From an uncultured Chloroflexia bacterium (GTDB taxonomy: Bacteria; Chloroflexota; Chloroflexia; Chloroflexales; Herpetosiphonaceae): a stretch of 64,000 nucleotides of DNA. The DNA lies in NCBI GenBank assembly GCA_963767035.1, contig CAVYBW010000001.1, positions 2,246,547 to 2,310,546 of the forward strand, in the 5' to 3' direction. Positions 9,003 through 20,589 of this stretch are shown here, piece after piece; position 1 is the first letter of the stretch, and every line of letters begins with the position of its first letter. Below the pieces are notes generated by a model that saw only the letters and a program-made list of their open reading frames with translations, was not told the DNA's origin and did no database searches. Made by a program: the position numbers and the translations under genes.

Positions 9003-11435
9003 ATGACCCGAGAAAAAGACCGCCCTCGTACAGGAACCGAGCGCACTTTACCACTGGTGGTATTGGGCGAAATTGTGATCATGCCGCACATGACTGTGCC
9101 GCTCCAGGTTGGGCAGGGCAAGTCTTATCGGGCCATGGAACAAGCGATGGAAGATGATCAACACGTTTTGTTGATCTTTGTTTCCGAGGCCGAAATTGAA
9201 GCCTACAAAGGCCACGAACCCCAACAATTACCCAATGTTGGCGTGGTCGCTCGCTTGGAAGATTTCTCCCAATTGCCCGATGGCACGGTAAAAATTGTGC
9301 TGGAAGGGATTACCCGCGCTGAGATTGTTGATTGTGTTCAGAGCGACCCCTTCTATCGCGTAGCGTGCCGCTACTTGCCCGACCAAGAACCAAAAGGCAT
9401 CGAAGTCGATGCCTTAATGGATACGGTCAAACAACAAATTACTGAATTTGTCGATTATTTAGGCGAAATTCCCCAAGAAGCTGTTGCTTTTGTGCATCGG
9501 ATTAATACCCCTGGCCACTTGGCCGACCTTGTGACCTACGGCCCAGCCTTCTCGTTCCAAGATCGCTTGGAATTGTTGAATGAGGCCGAACCATTGGCAC
9601 GCTTGAATCGGGTGCAAGTTATTTTGGCTCGTCAATTAGAGTTGTTACGACTCCGCGCCAAAATCCAATCCGATACCAAAGAAGTCTTGGATCAAGGCCA
9701 AAAAGAGTATTTCTTGCGCGAACAAATGCGGGTTATCCGCCGTGAACTCGGCGAAGACGACGATGGCGATGATCCAATTGATGAATTGCGCCGCAAAGTC
9801 AATGAACTGAATGCACCGCAATATGTCAAGGATCAAGCCTTGCACGAAATTAAGCGCTTGGCCCAACAAGGCATGAATTCGCCTGAAGCAGGCGTGATTC
9901 GCACCTACCTCGATTGGATTATTGCCCTGCCATGGAACACCAATCAAGTTGCGGCGATTTCGTTGGTCCAATCGCGACAGGTGCTCGACGAAGATCACTA
10001 TGGCTTGGAAAAAGTCAAAGAACGAATTTTGGAATATCTGGCGGTGCGCAAGCTCGCTGGGAGCAAAATGCGTTCGCCAATCCTGTGCTTCGTTGGCCCT
10101 CCCGGCGTGGGTAAAACCAGCCTTGGTCGCTCGATTGCCCGGGCCTTGGATCGACCATTCGTGCGCCAATCGTTGGGCGGCGTGCACGATGAAGCCGAAA
10201 TTCGTGGTCACCGCCGCACCTATATTGGCGCAATGCCAGGCCGGATTGTGCAAGGCATGAAAACCGCCAAATCGCGTCAAGCTGTCTTTATGCTTGATGA
10301 AATCGATAAGATTGGCAATGATTTCCGTGGCGATCCAACCTCGGCACTGTTAGAAGTGCTTGATCCAGAGCAAAACAATACCTTCTCTGATCACTACTTG
10401 GAAATTCCGTTTGATCTGAGCCAAGTGGTGTTTGTGGCCACCGCCAACCAACTCGAACCAATTCCTGCGCCACTCCGTGACCGCATGGAAATTATCGAGA
10501 TTGGCGGCTACACCGAGGATGAAAAACTAGCAATTGCCCAAGGCTTCTTGTTGCCTAAGCAACGTGAGTTCCATGGCCTCGAAATTAGCCAATTGGAATT
10601 AACCGATGCTGCGATCTTGAAGCTGATTCGCGAATATACCCGCGAAGCTGGCGTGCGTAACCTTGAGCGTGAAGTCGCGGCCTTGTGTCGCAAAATTGCC
10701 CGCAAGGTAGCTGAATCGCAGGATGAAGAAGCGCTACAAGAAGGCAAGAAGCGTCGCAAGAAGGCCAAAAAAGTTGAGCTGGCTAAATTCGTGATTGATG
10801 CAGCCGATGTGCCAACCTACCTTGGCCCTGAGCACTTCAGCTTTGGCATGGCCGAAGTTGCCGACCAAATTGGCGTGGCAACTGGAGTGGCTTGGACGCC
10901 AACCGGCGGCGATATTCTTTCATTCGAAGTCTTGCCATTGACTGGCAAAGGCGAATTACGCCTGACTGGTCAATTGGGCGATGTGATGAAGGAATCGGCG
11001 CAGGCTGCGATGTCGTATGTGCGCTATCGCGCCAAAGAATTGGGCATCGAGCCAAATTACTTTGACGAGCATTCGATCCATATTCACGTTCCTGAAGGCG
11101 CAGTGCCCAAGGATGGCCCTTCGGCAGGGATTACCTTGACGATTGCCTTGATTTCAGCTATGACTGGTCGCGCCGTTCGCCGTGATGTGGCCATGACTGG
11201 CGAAGTCACCTTGCGTGGACGGGTCTTGCCAATTGGTGGCTTGAAAGAAAAAACCTTGGCAGCTCATCGGGCAGGGATCAAAACTTTCATTTTGCCCAAG
11301 GAAAACGCTAAAGATATTGTTGATCTGCCTGAAAAAGTGCGCCAAGATCTGCAATTGATTCCGGTCGAAACCATGGACGAAGTGCTGACAATTGCATTGA
11401 TGCCGTTTATTCGCCAAGACGTTATCGCCAGCTAA
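9003..11435 (+). CDS. lon: ATP-dependent Lon protease.
   Basis: Lon N-domain. Walker [16 protein letters not shown]. Catalytic Ser in [10 protein letters not shown]. Catalytic Lys region AHRAGIKT. Length 810 aa. Confidence 0.95.
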   Translation: MTREKDRPRTGTERTLPLVVLGEIVIMPHMTVPLQVGQGKSYRAMEQAMEDDQHVLLIFVSEAEIEAYKGHEPQQLPNVGVVARLEDFSQLPDGTVKIVLEGITRAEIVDCVQSDPFYRVACRYLPDQEPKGIEVDALMDTVKQQITEFVDYLGEIPQEAVAFVHRINTPGHLADLVTYGPAFSFQDRLELLNEAEPLARLNRVQVILARQLELLRLRAKIQSDTKEVLDQGQKEYFLREQMRVIRRELGEDDDGDDPIDELRRKVNELNAPQYVKDQALHEIKRLAQQGMNSPEAGVIRTYLDWIIALPWNTNQVAAISLVQSRQVLDEDHYGLEKVKERILEYLAVRKLAGSKMRSPILCFVGPPGVGKTSLGRSIARALDRPFVRQSLGGVHDEAEIRGHRRTYIGAMPGRIVQGMKTAKSRQAVFMLDEIDKIGNDFRGDPTSALLEVLDPEQNNTFSDHYLEIPFDLSQVVFVATANQLEPIPAPLRDRMEIIEIGGYTEDEKLAIAQGFLLPKQREFHGLEISQLELTDAAILKLIREYTREAGVRNLEREVAALCRKIARKVAESQDEEALQEGKKRRKKAKKVELAKFVIDAADVPTYLGPEHFSFGMAEVADQIGVATGVAWTPTGGDILSFEVLPLTGKGELRLTGQLGDVMKESAQAAMSYVRYRAKELGIEPNYFDEHSIHIHVPEGAVPKDGPSAGITLTIALISAMTGRAVRRDVAMTGEVTLRGRVLPIGGLKEKTLAAHRAGIKTFILPKENAKDIVDLPEKVRQDLQLIPVETMDEVLTIALMPFIRQDVIAS

Positions 11436-11454
11436 ATCAGGCTTAGCTTGATCA

Positions 11455-11497
11455 AAACGCCCCTCTCCTTACAATAAGGAGAGGGGCGTTTTTTTAA
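11455..11497 (+). terminator. Rho-independent terminator of lon.
   Basis: aaaacgcccctctcctt-acaataa-ggagaggggcgttttttt: a GC stem followed by a T7 run. Confidence 0.85.
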
Positions 11498-11794
11498 ATT
11501 ATGAAGGATGAGGGATGAAACACAAAGAACATAAAAGGTAATAAGGCTATAGACGATTAGCTAAACGATTGATAAAGCATCCAAGATTGTTCCGATAGCT
11601 CAAAGCCAATAGCCGCTCTCTACGCCGCTGCGTTGACCTATCTTTAATTTTAAAACGAAGATTCCTCATCCCGCATCTTTCATTTATCCGCGCCGCTGCG
11701 TTAAAGCCAGATCCTCGATCCCTAATCCCTGACTCCTATTGTTATGTTCTAGACTCTCTGTTCTTCATCCTTCATCTCTCATCCTTCATCCTTA

Positions 11795-11841
11795 AAAAAA
11801 GCTTCCCCCACAAACCCGTAGGTTCATGAGGGAAGCAAGCA
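11795..11841 (-). terminator. Putative terminator downstream of nuoN.
   Basis: On the minus strand: gcttccc...gggaagc stem followed by ttttttt. Confidence 0.4.
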
Positions 11842-11851
11842 ACAATTTGAA

Positions 11852-13333
11852 TTATTGGGCGACGGTCAAAACCAAGGCTTTGGCCAAATCGGTGAAGATG
11901 TTTGGCAAAATCCCAACTGCGATAATCCCAATCACTGCGACGAGCACGCCCAGCGAGAGCGAAGCCGTGGCATGGGTTGGTCGTGACTCATTGGTTTCAG
12001 CATCACGCATCCACATCGTCACAATTACCCGCAGGTAGAAGAAGGCCGAGATCACGCTGGTCACCACCCCGATAATCGCCAGATAATCGAGATTGGCATC
12101 CCATGCAGCGCGGAAAATGCCAAACTTGCTGGCAAAACCGGCTGTTGGTGGTACGCCCGCCAACGAGAACATAAACACGGTCATCGATAGCGCCAACAGT
12201 GGGCTACGCTTGCCCAAACCACGCAGATCGTTCAATTCAAACACGGGCATGCCGCGATTTTCCAAGGCGATCAGCACAGCAAAAGCCCCAAGGTTCGTCA
12301 AGGTGTAGGCCAACAAATAGACCGTAAAGGCGCTAATGCCTTTTTCACTGCCTGCCAACACGCCCAGCAACATATAGCCAGCGTGGGCAATCGACGAATA
12401 GGCCAACATCCGCTTGAGGTTGGTTTGAGCAACTGCCACGATGTTGCCATAGGCCATAGTTGCTGCGGCAAACACGCCAAACAACAATTGCCACTCTGGC
12501 TTGAGCGCAGGGAAGGCCACATTCAAGAAACGCAACATGGCGGCAAAAGCTGCACCCTTGGTTGCAACCGACATATAGGCGGTTACTGGCGTAGGCGCGC
12601 CTTCGTAAACGTCAGGTGTCCAAGCGTGGAAGGGGAACATTGAAACCTTGAAGCCCAAGGCAATCAACACAAAGCCAACCCCTGCCAACAAAATTGGGTC
12701 ATCAAGCGACTTGCCAGTGCTTTGCCAAGCGCTCAATTCGGTGGCAATTTGGGCCAAGTTGGTCTTGCCTGTCATGCCATAAATCAAGGCAATGCCATAG
12801 ACCAAAAAGCCTGCGGCAAACCCACCAAGCAACAGATATTTAATCGCTGCTTCGCCCGATTTGAACTGTGGCACGGCAAAGCCGGTTAGCACATACAGCG
12901 CAATCGAAAGCATTTCAACCCCAATGAAGATCGTTACAAGGTCGGTTGATTGGACCAAGAACAACATCCCTGAGGTTGCAAACAGCACCAAGGGATAAAA
13001 TTCGCCTTGGTTGAGATTTTGGCGCGGCATATAGTCAAAGGCAATCAGCAAGGTCAGCGCCGTACCTGCTAGCAAAATCCAATTAACCAACACCCCAAAC
13101 TTATCAAATACCAACATATCTGAAAAGCCCGAGACTGTTAAGCCATAATCCAGCCCCCCAAGCGCCGCAGTCACGCCAAGCCCAATCAGGCTCAACGTAA
13201 TTAAAACTCGCCGATCCGAGGTAAACATATCGACAATCAAGACCAACATCGCCCAAATCATCAGGAATGCTGGCATGCCTAAGACTGTCCAGTTAATCTC
13301 CGGCGTGACAAATGGTAATGGTAATTCATTCAT
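11852..13333 (-). CDS. nuoN: NADH-quinone oxidoreductase subunit N.
   Basis: Polytopic membrane protein. Position after nuoM in a nuoIJKLMN block. Confidence 0.9.
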   Translation of the reverse strand: MNELPLPFVTPEINWTVLGMPAFLMIWAMLVLIVDMFTSDRRVLITLSLIGLGVTAALGGLDYGLTVSGFSDMLVFDKFGVLVNWILLAGTALTLLIAFDYMPRQNLNQGEFYPLVLFATSGMLFLVQSTDLVTIFIGVEMLSIALYVLTGFAVPQFKSGEAAIKYLLLGGFAAGFLVYGIALIYGMTGKTNLAQIATELSAWQSTGKSLDDPILLAGVGFVLIALGFKVSMFPFHAWTPDVYEGAPTPVTAYMSVATKGAAFAAMLRFLNVAFPALKPEWQLLFGVFAAATMAYGNIVAVAQTNLKRMLAYSSIAHAGYMLLGVLAGSEKGISAFTVYLLAYTLTNLGAFAVLIALENRGMPVFELNDLRGLGKRSPLLALSMTVFMFSLAGVPPTAGFASKFGIFRAAWDANLDYLAIIGVVTSVISAFFYLRVIVTMWMRDAETNESRPTHATASLSLGVLVAVIGIIAVGILPNIFTDLAKALVLTVAQ

Positions 13334-13351
13334 TCGAACTCACGCTCCGTC

Positions 13352-14905
13352 TTATTGGCCAGCAATTAGTGGCGCAGCATTAGCAACGAAGGCTTCAAGC
13401 GCCTTAATCGTTGTTTCCATCGGGCGAGTAAAGTATGGCGAGTAGAGACCAATCACCAACATCAAGATACATAGTGGCAAGAGGATCGCTACTTCACGCC
13501 GAGTCAAATCGCTCAGGTGTGGCGTGCGACGTTCGCTAAATGGCCCCGAAGCAATGCCTTGGAACATTTTGAGCAAATAGACCGCTGCCAAAATCACGCC
13601 AACTGCGGCAAACGCGGTAAACGTCCAGCCGATTGGCGAATCGAACGCCCCGAGCATAATTAAAAATTCGCCAACGAAGCCGTTCAAGCCAGGCAAGCCA
13701 ACTGAGGCCATCGTGGCAAACAACAGGAAGTAGACGAAGATTGGCACAACTTTCCACAAACCGCCGTAATCGGCCAATTCGCGGGTATGGGTGCGTTCGT
13801 AAATCATCCCAATCAGCAAGAACAATGCGCCAGTGCTCAACCCGTGGTTGACCATTTGCAGCACTGCGCCTTGCAAACCAACTTGATTCAGCGCGAAAAT
13901 CCCCAACACGATAAAGCCCATGTGGCTGACCGATGAATAGGCCACCAGCTTTTTGATATCGCTCTGCGCATACGACAGCACCGCGCCATAGATGATCCCA
14001 ATCACTGCTAGCACGGCAATGGGCCGCGCCCATTCTTGGGCAACTTGCGGGAACAACTGCACGCAGAAGCGAATCATGCCGTAGCCACCCATTTTCAGCA
14101 GCACTGCCGCCAGAATCACTGAGCCTGCGGTTGGCGCTTCAACGTGCGCATCGGGCAACCATGTGTGGACAGGCCACAATGGCACTTTGACCGCAAACGC
14201 CACGAAGAATGAGAGGAACAGCAATTTCAATTCGGTATCCGACAAGCCAAATTGATTGATATTGGCCATCAAGGTTTGCACTTGGAAGGCCGTATCAGTT
14301 GGCAAGCCTTGTTGCGCCAAATATTTGTAATTGAGCAAGCCCAAGGCAATAATGCCAATCAACATAAACACCGAAGCAGCAAAGGTATACAAGAAGAACT
14401 TCACTGTGGCGTAAATGCGGCGCTTGCCACCCCAAATCCCAATCAAGAAATACATTGGAATCAGGGTGAATTCCCAGAAAATATAGAACAAGAACAGGTC
14501 TTGGGCGAGAAACACGCCCAACATGCCAGTCTCTTGCAACAGAATCAGCATCAAGAAGCTGTTGGTTTTGTCTTCAACGTTCCATGCGGCCCAAATAGCC
14601 AAGGGCGTGATGAAGGTTGTGAGCAAAATCAACCACAAACTAATGCCATCAAGACCCAACTCGTAGCGCACGCCCCAATCCGGAATCCAGCTGAAATATT
14701 CGTAGAACTGAAGTCCGGCAGTATCGTGCTTGAAATTGAACAATAGTGGCAATGACACGGCAAAAACGAGTGTGCTCCAGCCCAAGGCAAAAATTCGGGC
14801 TGCTCCGCGTTGGCCGCGCATAAACGCCAGGATGATCGCACCGACGGCGGGTAAAAACACCACCAGCGATAAGATCGTAAAACCTAAGTCGTTTGTATTT
14901 GTCAA
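13352..14905 (-). CDS. nuoM: NADH-quinone oxidoreductase subunit M.
   Basis: Mrp-antiporter-like membrane subunit (517 aa). Position in the nuo operon. Confidence 0.9.
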   Translation of the reverse strand: MTNTNDLGFTILSLVVFLPAVGAIILAFMRGQRGAARIFALGWSTLVFAVSLPLLFNFKHDTAGLQFYEYFSWIPDWGVRYELGLDGISLWLILLTTFITPLAIWAAWNVEDKTNSFLMLILLQETGMLGVFLAQDLFLFYIFWEFTLIPMYFLIGIWGGKRRIYATVKFFLYTFAASVFMLIGIIALGLLNYKYLAQQGLPTDTAFQVQTLMANINQFGLSDTELKLLFLSFFVAFAVKVPLWPVHTWLPDAHVEAPTAGSVILAAVLLKMGGYGMIRFCVQLFPQVAQEWARPIAVLAVIGIIYGAVLSYAQSDIKKLVAYSSVSHMGFIVLGIFALNQVGLQGAVLQMVNHGLSTGALFLLIGMIYERTHTRELADYGGLWKVVPIFVYFLLFATMASVGLPGLNGFVGEFLIMLGAFDSPIGWTFTAFAAVGVILAAVYLLKMFQGIASGPFSERRTPHLSDLTRREVAILLPLCILMLVIGLYSPYFTRPMETTIKALEAFVANAAPLIAGQ

Positions 14906-14951
14906 GGGTTACTCCTTGTGAAGATGCAAGCCGAAGCCCGCATTCCACGTC

Positions 14952-17003
14952 CTAGCGCAACGCAAAGAAGCCAAGCACGATCACCACACCGATCACAAAC
15001 ATCAGTGCATACGAGCGTACATAGCCCGATTGGAACGTTCGCAAGCCGCGACCCGACAAGCCAACCAGCTCTGCCGTGCCATTAACGATGCCATCGATAA
15101 TTTTGACATCGAAGAACTTACCAAGAAAGCGTGCCAAAGCCTTGTATGGCTTGACTAAAACCGCGTTATACAAGGCATCAAAGCCCCATTTTTCCTCAAG
15201 GATGGCATAGAAATCGCCGCCCCAGTGGTGCAACAGGTCGCGTTGGTTGGGCTTGATCCGCTTGTGCTTGCCAGCCCATTGATACAGATAGAAGCCTGCG
15301 GCAAACGATGCCAACCCTAAGATCGTCACAATTGCGGCAATGTTCAGGTGGAACTTGGCAGCTTCTTCTTCCACAATTGGCTCAAGCCAAGTGGTCAATG
15401 GATGCCAACCAGGAATGTTGATCAGGCCACTGGCCAAGGTCAACAGCGCCAAAATCCCTAATGGCGCGGTCATCCAACGGCTGCTTTCGTGAGCATGAAT
15501 GTGTTGATCACGTTGCTCGCCAAAGAAGACCATTGAGATTTGACGACCCATGTAGAACGAGGTCAAAACTGCGCCCAAAATCAACAGTATCCCGACCGCA
15601 CGATGATCATGATCAAAGGCATGGCCGATAATTTCGTCTTTCGACCAGAAACCTGAAACCAAGGGGAAGCCGATCAAGCCCATCGTCCCGACGATATATG
15701 TCCAGAAGGTGGCGGGCATCTTCTTGCGCAGACCGCCCATCTTGCGCATATCTTGTTCGTTGCCAAAGCCGTGAATCACCGAGCCAGAGCCAAGGAACAA
15801 GAGCGCCTTGAAAATCCCGTGGGTCAGCAGGTGGAACATCGCGGCAACGTATGCTCCCATCCCTACAGCTGCCACCATAAAGCCCAATTGCGAAACAGTT
15901 GAGAAGGCCAAAACCTTCTTGATATCGTATTGACCAAGCGCAATCGAAGCCGCCACCAACGCCGTCGCAACCCCAATAAAGATTACGGTGCTTTGGACTG
16001 ATGGCGATAATTCAAAGATTGGGTGGGTACGAATCATCAAATACACGCCAGCAGTAACCATGGTCGCGGCGTGAATCAAAGCCGAAACTGGGGTTGGGCC
16101 TGCCATCGCATCGGGCAACCAAACAAACAGCGGAATTTGGGCCGATTTACCGGTTACACCAAGCAACAGCATAAAGGCAATTGCCCCAGCCGCCGTGTAT
16201 TGCGTGCCCATAAAAAAGGTGCTGTATTGTTGCAGCGAGAAGACCGTCCCTTGTTCCAACACTTCGCGGAAGATTAACGAGTGCAAGAAGGTACCATCGG
16301 GCTTGCGCGCCAAGGCCCAAATTGCAAACATCGCCATCAACAAGCCAAAGTCGCCAACCCGGTTGGTAACAAACGCTTTGACTGAAGCCCACGGTGGATC
16401 ACGTTGTTCAAACCAAAAGCCAATCAGCAAGAACGAACACAAGCCCACGCCTTCCCAACCCAAGAACAGCATTACAAAGTTGTTGCCCATCACGAGCATC
16501 AACATTGCCACAATAAACAGGTTGAGATACACAAAGAAGCGGGTGGGGCGTTCGTCGTGGCTCATATAGCCCACAGCATAGAAGTGAATCAACGTCCCTA
16601 CGCCAGTAACCAAGAGCATCATCGTCACGGAAAGTTGGTCGATCAAGAAACCAAAGGGAACTTCCAAATCGCCAAAGGCCATCCAGTTCCAATAGGTTAC
16701 CTCAAACCAACGACCATTTTCGCCCAAGGTGGTTTTAGCAGGCAGACCCAGCAACTCAATCATGGTTACAACGGTCAACACAAAGCCCAAACCAACCATG
16801 GCACTGGCAATCAAGCCAGAGCGTTTCGCAGTCGGATTATCGCCATGGCCATGGTGCGCATCAGCGTGGCCATGCCCGTGATCATGCCCGTGGTCGTGGT
16901 GGGCGTTGGCACGGCTGCGTCGCAAATCGTTCAGCCCCAACAGGGTATTGATCACGACACCGAGCAGTGGCAGTAACGGCACAAGCCAAATTAATTCCGC
17001 CAT
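14952..17003 (-). CDS. nuoL: NADH-quinone oxidoreductase subunit L, with a His-rich insertion in the first loop.
   Basis: MAELIWLVPLLPLLG start with GGAG upstream (the ORF track extends to a TTG at 17036). Long C-terminal amphipathic helix region. Insertion HHDHGHDHGHGHADAHHGHGD lies after TM1. Confidence 0.9.
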   Translation of the reverse strand: MAELIWLVPLLPLLGVVINTLLGLNDLRRSRANAHHDHGHDHGHGHADAHHGHGDNPTAKRSGLIASAMVGLGFVLTVVTMIELLGLPAKTTLGENGRWFEVTYWNWMAFGDLEVPFGFLIDQLSVTMMLLVTGVGTLIHFYAVGYMSHDERPTRFFVYLNLFIVAMLMLVMGNNFVMLFLGWEGVGLCSFLLIGFWFEQRDPPWASVKAFVTNRVGDFGLLMAMFAIWALARKPDGTFLHSLIFREVLEQGTVFSLQQYSTFFMGTQYTAAGAIAFMLLLGVTGKSAQIPLFVWLPDAMAGPTPVSALIHAATMVTAGVYLMIRTHPIFELSPSVQSTVIFIGVATALVAASIALGQYDIKKVLAFSTVSQLGFMVAAVGMGAYVAAMFHLLTHGIFKALLFLGSGSVIHGFGNEQDMRKMGGLRKKMPATFWTYIVGTMGLIGFPLVSGFWSKDEIIGHAFDHDHRAVGILLILGAVLTSFYMGRQISMVFFGEQRDQHIHAHESSRWMTAPLGILALLTLASGLINIPGWHPLTTWLEPIVEEEAAKFHLNIAAIVTILGLASFAAGFYLYQWAGKHKRIKPNQRDLLHHWGGDFYAILEEKWGFDALYNAVLVKPYKALARFLGKFFDVKIIDGIVNGTAELVGLSGRGLRTFQSGYVRSYALMFVIGVVIVLGFFALR

Positions 17004-17045
17004 AAGTTCTCCAGTAGACACTTCGGCAAGGTGCAAGGCCGTTGC

Positions 17046-17348
17046 CTAGCCCTTGAGCGTATTCACGTCATCAATGTTGGTGGTCTTCTTGACACGGAAA
17101 ATCGACACCAACAGCGCCAAACCGACTGCGACTTCTGCCGCAGCGACTGCAATCACAAAGAAGGTCATAATTTGGCCATCGCTCTCGGCACGTGCCCGGC
17201 TAAAAGCAATTAATGCCAAATTGGCCGAATTGAGCATCAACTCAACCGACATAAACATGATGATTACATTGCGGCGCACTAAAACACCAACGACCCCAAT
17301 CGTAAACAGAACTGCGCTCAGCAGCACATAGGCATTGGTTGAAATCAC
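17046..17348 (-). CDS. nuoK: NADH-quinone oxidoreductase subunit K.
   Basis: 100 aa with 3 TM segments. [11 protein letters not shown] motif. Confidence 0.9.
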   Translation of the reverse strand: MISTNAYVLLSAVLFTIGVVGVLVRRNVIIMFMSVELMLNSANLALIAFSRARAESDGQIMTFFVIAVAAAEVAVGLALLVSIFRVKKTTNIDDVNTLKG

Positions 17349-17435
17349 GATTGGCTCTCCTCACGGGCAACCACCCGCCGACGGGTCAGCACAACTGTCC
17401 CGACTACTGCAATCAAGAGCAGAATTGAGATTGCT

Positions 17436-17870
17436 TCAAAGGGCAAAAGATAGGTACTGAAACAGCTGAGCGCTGATCGTGGTTGGGGCACCGATGTTGG
17501 TCGCATCAGCAACCGGCGCATCGATTAAGGTGGTACCACGATAGGCTACATAGCCAATCTCAGCCAATAACGCCACGCCAAGGATGAGACCAGCCGGCTT
17601 TTGCCAGCCAATTTTCTCCTCGCCAAGTTCGGCATTTTCAGCACCCAAGAGCATGATCACGAACAGGAATAGCACCATAATCGCGCCAGCATAAACCGTC
17701 ACTTGAACTGCACCGAGAAACGGCGCACGCAGCAAAAAATATAAAATGGCGACCGAGCAGAAATTCAAAATCAAAAACAGCGCACTATGCACTGCATTGC
17801 TGCTCAGCACCATTGCTAAGGCTGCCCCCACCGCCACAATGGCCGTGGTGATAAACAAAAATGTTTCCAT
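17436..17870 (-). CDS. nuoJ: NADH-quinone oxidoreductase subunit J.
   Basis: METFLFITTAIVAVGAALAMV start with GGGAG RBS. The ORF track over-extends it to 17936. Confidence 0.85.
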   Translation of the reverse strand: METFLFITTAIVAVGAALAMVLSSNAVHSALFLILNFCSVAILYFLLRAPFLGAVQVTVYAGAIMVLFLFVIMLLGAENAELGEEKIGWQKPAGLILGVALLAEIGYVAYRGTTLIDAPVADATNIGAPTTISAQLFQYLSFAL

Positions 17871-18048
17871 GGACACTCCCAGATAAAGGATGAAGGATGA
17901 GGGATGAAATTCAAACCCTGTTGGCACGCCCTTCACACTTCGGACCGTTGGCTACCTTGAAATCTAAAGTACAAACTGGGCGTTGAGAGATGCAATTCAG
18001 CCTCGATCAGCCCATCCTTCATACTTCATCCTTCACACTTCATACCTT

Positions 18049-18555
18049 TTATAGGTCTATTTGGGCCGGTGGGTTAAGTTGTTTGCCGGTTTGTTGCAAA
18101 ATTGGTGGCACTTCGCCATGACCTTTATCAACCGCAACCAATAACATATCTTGGGTATAGATCGAAGCGCGGCGGTCGTAGAAGGCCAATTCATATTGGT
18201 GCTCTAGCACAATTGCATTGGTGGGGCATGCATCTTCGCAGTAGCCACAGAAAATACAACGTAACATGTTAATTTCATACACAGCAGCATGGCGCTCACC
18301 TGCTGAACGCGGATTAGCCGGATCGTTCTCGCCAGGCACAACATAAATCGCATCAGCTGGACAAGCTGCGGCACACAGCGAACAACCAATACACCGCTCT
18401 AAACCGTTGGCAAAACGCTTCAGTTCATGCCGACCACGGAAGCGCTCGCGGACAGGTCGTTTGACCTCAGGATATTCAACGGTCACAGGCTTTTTGAAGA
18501 GATATTTCGCCGTGGTTTTGAGACCCTTAAAATAGGCCATCGTTCCTTTCAGCAT
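18049..18555 (-). CDS. nuoI: NADH-quinone oxidoreductase subunit I (2x[4Fe-4S] ferredoxin).
   Basis: Two CxxCxxCxxxCP motifs: CIGCSLCAAACP and CIFCGYCEDACP. Confidence 0.9.
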   Translation of the reverse strand: MLKGTMAYFKGLKTTAKYLFKKPVTVEYPEVKRPVRERFRGRHELKRFANGLERCIGCSLCAAACPADAIYVVPGENDPANPRSAGERHAAVYEINMLRCIFCGYCEDACPTNAIVLEHQYELAFYDRRASIYTQDMLLVAVDKGHGEVPPILQQTGKQLNPPAQIDL

Positions 18556-18955
18556 TGGCGATTCCTTTCTCGGTGCGTGACTCCCATGGCGTTCACGCCA
18601 AAACCGCCACTGTGCGTCAAGCGGCGGTGCAATGTTATTCGAATCGGTGCCGTCGCGGGCGTGTTTATTTTATCACAATCTCTTGATAAGCCAAACAGGC
18701 TGGGACAAGGATGAGGAATGAAGGATGAGGGATGAAGAACAGACAACAGAGCACAGACCACAGAGCGAGAATTGGAGATCAGGAGTCAGAGAATCAGAAA
18801 CGCAGCCTGCGTGCAATTCGTGGATCAATGGTTAACACAGAGGCGCAGAGAGTTAGGCGGGGTCAGAATTGGACGATCAGGGGCCAGCGCTATTAAACCG
18901 ATTGTAGCCTGAGTGGATTTACCTAACCAGACCTCTGACCCCTAAACTCTAGCCA

Positions 18956-20164
18956 CTACACGACAGCTTCTTGCTCATTCCAACCAGCAAACGGGTCAGC
19001 AAGCTGCCAAATTGCCGCTGGTTTCTGCCATTCGTGATCGCTGACTAAACAAGCATCCAACGTTTGTTGTAACCATGATTGATCAAAATCTTGACCAATA
19101 AAGACTAATTCTTGGCGCCGATCGCCTACTTCGGCATGCCATAAGGCCTCAATTTCGGCACGCTCCTCGGCGGTTTCAGGCCATTCGCTGTGATCGCTAT
19201 CGGCCCACCATTCGCCTGCTGGCTCAACTCGACAATTTTGGCCTGCCTGCGAGAGTAATCCAGCTGTGGTTGGCTGTGAAATAACCCAAAAGAAGCCTTT
19301 GGCCCGAATCACGCCATGCCAATCGCTATTAACAAACTCCCAAAAACGTTGGGCGGCAAATGGTCGGCGCGCGCGATAAACCCAACTGCGAATGCCATAT
19401 TCCTCGGTTTCGGGCGTGTGTTCACCACGCAATTCGGCTAACCAACCAGGCGCAGCACTGGCTTGGTCAAAATCAAACAGCCCTGTATTGAGAATTTCGT
19501 TGAGTGGCACGTGGCCATGAGTTGCATACAGCAGCTTGGCTTGGGGATTGAGCGTGCTCAACAATTCATGCAAATGAGTTAATTGTTCAGCGCTAATCAA
19601 ATCGGTTTTATTAATCACCAGCACATTGCAAAACTCAATCTGATCGATTAATAAATCCACCAATGTTCGTTCATCGGCCTCATCGATTGCCAAATCGCGG
19701 TCACGCAGATCGTGAGCGGCATTGAAATCGTGCAGAAAATTGAGCGCATCGACCACCGTTACCAACGTATCGAGTTTGGCGATTTCGGCCAAACTCACCC
19801 CCGATTCATCTTCGAAGGTAAAGGTTTCGGCTACTGGCAGTGGCTCGGAGATGCCAGTCGATTCGATCAGCAAATAATCGAAGCGCCCAGCCCGCGCCAA
19901 TTGAGCAACTTCACGCAGCAAATCTTCACGCAGCGTACAGCAGATACAACCATTGCTCAGCTCGACCAATTGTTCTTCAACCCGATTGAGCGCAAGCTCG
20001 CCTTGGCCAACCAAACGCGCATCGATATTGACTTCGCTCATATCATTAACGATAACTGCAACCCGCAGACCCTCGCGATTCGCCAAAATATGATTTAATA
20101 ATGTGGTTTTCCCAGCTCCGAGAAACCCCGAAAGCACAGTGACCGGCAGCGGCAACTTCGACAT
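18956..20164 (-). CDS. COG0523 (CobW/YjiA/ZigA) family GTPase; putative zinc metallochaperone.
   Basis: G1 motif GFLGAGKTT. CxCC metal-binding motif CICCTL. C-terminal CobW_C-like domain. Confidence 0.85.
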   Translation of the reverse strand: MSKLPLPVTVLSGFLGAGKTTLLNHILANREGLRVAVIVNDMSEVNIDARLVGQGELALNRVEEQLVELSNGCICCTLREDLLREVAQLARAGRFDYLLIESTGISEPLPVAETFTFEDESGVSLAEIAKLDTLVTVVDALNFLHDFNAAHDLRDRDLAIDEADERTLVDLLIDQIEFCNVLVINKTDLISAEQLTHLHELLSTLNPQAKLLYATHGHVPLNEILNTGLFDFDQASAAPGWLAELRGEHTPETEEYGIRSWVYRARRPFAAQRFWEFVNSDWHGVIRAKGFFWVISQPTTAGLLSQAGQNCRVEPAGEWWADSDHSEWPETAEERAEIEALWHAEVGDRRQELVFIGQDFDQSWLQQTLDACLVSDHEWQKPAAIWQLADPFAGWNEQEAVV

Positions 20165-20312
20165 GGAGCATAATCCTTACTCATTTATTGATACTATATA
20201 TCATTATAATCGATTTTCGAATTCGTAAAACAAGATTTGACAAAAATACAAAAGCAGAGTATACTTCAGCACTGTTGAACGGCAACAATGCCCAAAACAA
20301 ACAAATCAATAA

Positions 20313-20388
20313 TCCCTGATAGCTCAGTTGGTAGAGCGGTTGACTGTTAATCAGCATGTCCTAGGTTCGAGTCCTAGTCAGGGAGCCA
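20313..20388 (+). tRNA. tRNA-Asn (GTT).
   Basis: Cloverleaf: acceptor TCCCTGA/TCAGGGA, anticodon loop CTGTTAA, encoded CCA, 76 nt. Confidence 0.9.
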
Positions 20389-20407
20389 CTTTTTTACAAA
20401 TCAATAA

Positions 20408-20483
20408 TCCCTGATAGCTCAGTTGGTAGAGCGGTTGACTGTTAATCAGCATGTCCTAGGTTCGAGTCCTAGTCAGGGAGCCA
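20408..20483 (+). tRNA. tRNA-Asn (GTT), second identical copy.
   Basis: Identical 76 nt. A 95-bp tandem duplication includes the upstream caaatcaataa leader. Confidence 0.9.
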
Positions 20484-20589
20484 AAATCGATAAACGCCTA
20501 GCTGATTTAAATTCGCTGGGCGTTTATCGATTAACACTGCCTACTCAAAACTCACGAGAAAGTTTGCTAAAATAGCGTTCAACTATCTG

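Noticed and set aside
9645-10280. 211-aa ORF antisense within lon (and similar antisense ORFs 16404-16976 in nuoL, 30670-31266 in secA, 47818-48312 in the beta-helix gene, 52645-53109 in the PQQ gene).
   Set aside because: They lie inside strongly supported genes on the opposite strand, with no independent signals.
18556-18955. Possible ncRNA in the 400-bp spacer upstream of nuoI.
   Set aside because: It contains module-A repeat words and an AG-rich low-complexity stretch, but no convincing conserved structure or promoter/terminator pair. I could not support an ncRNA call.
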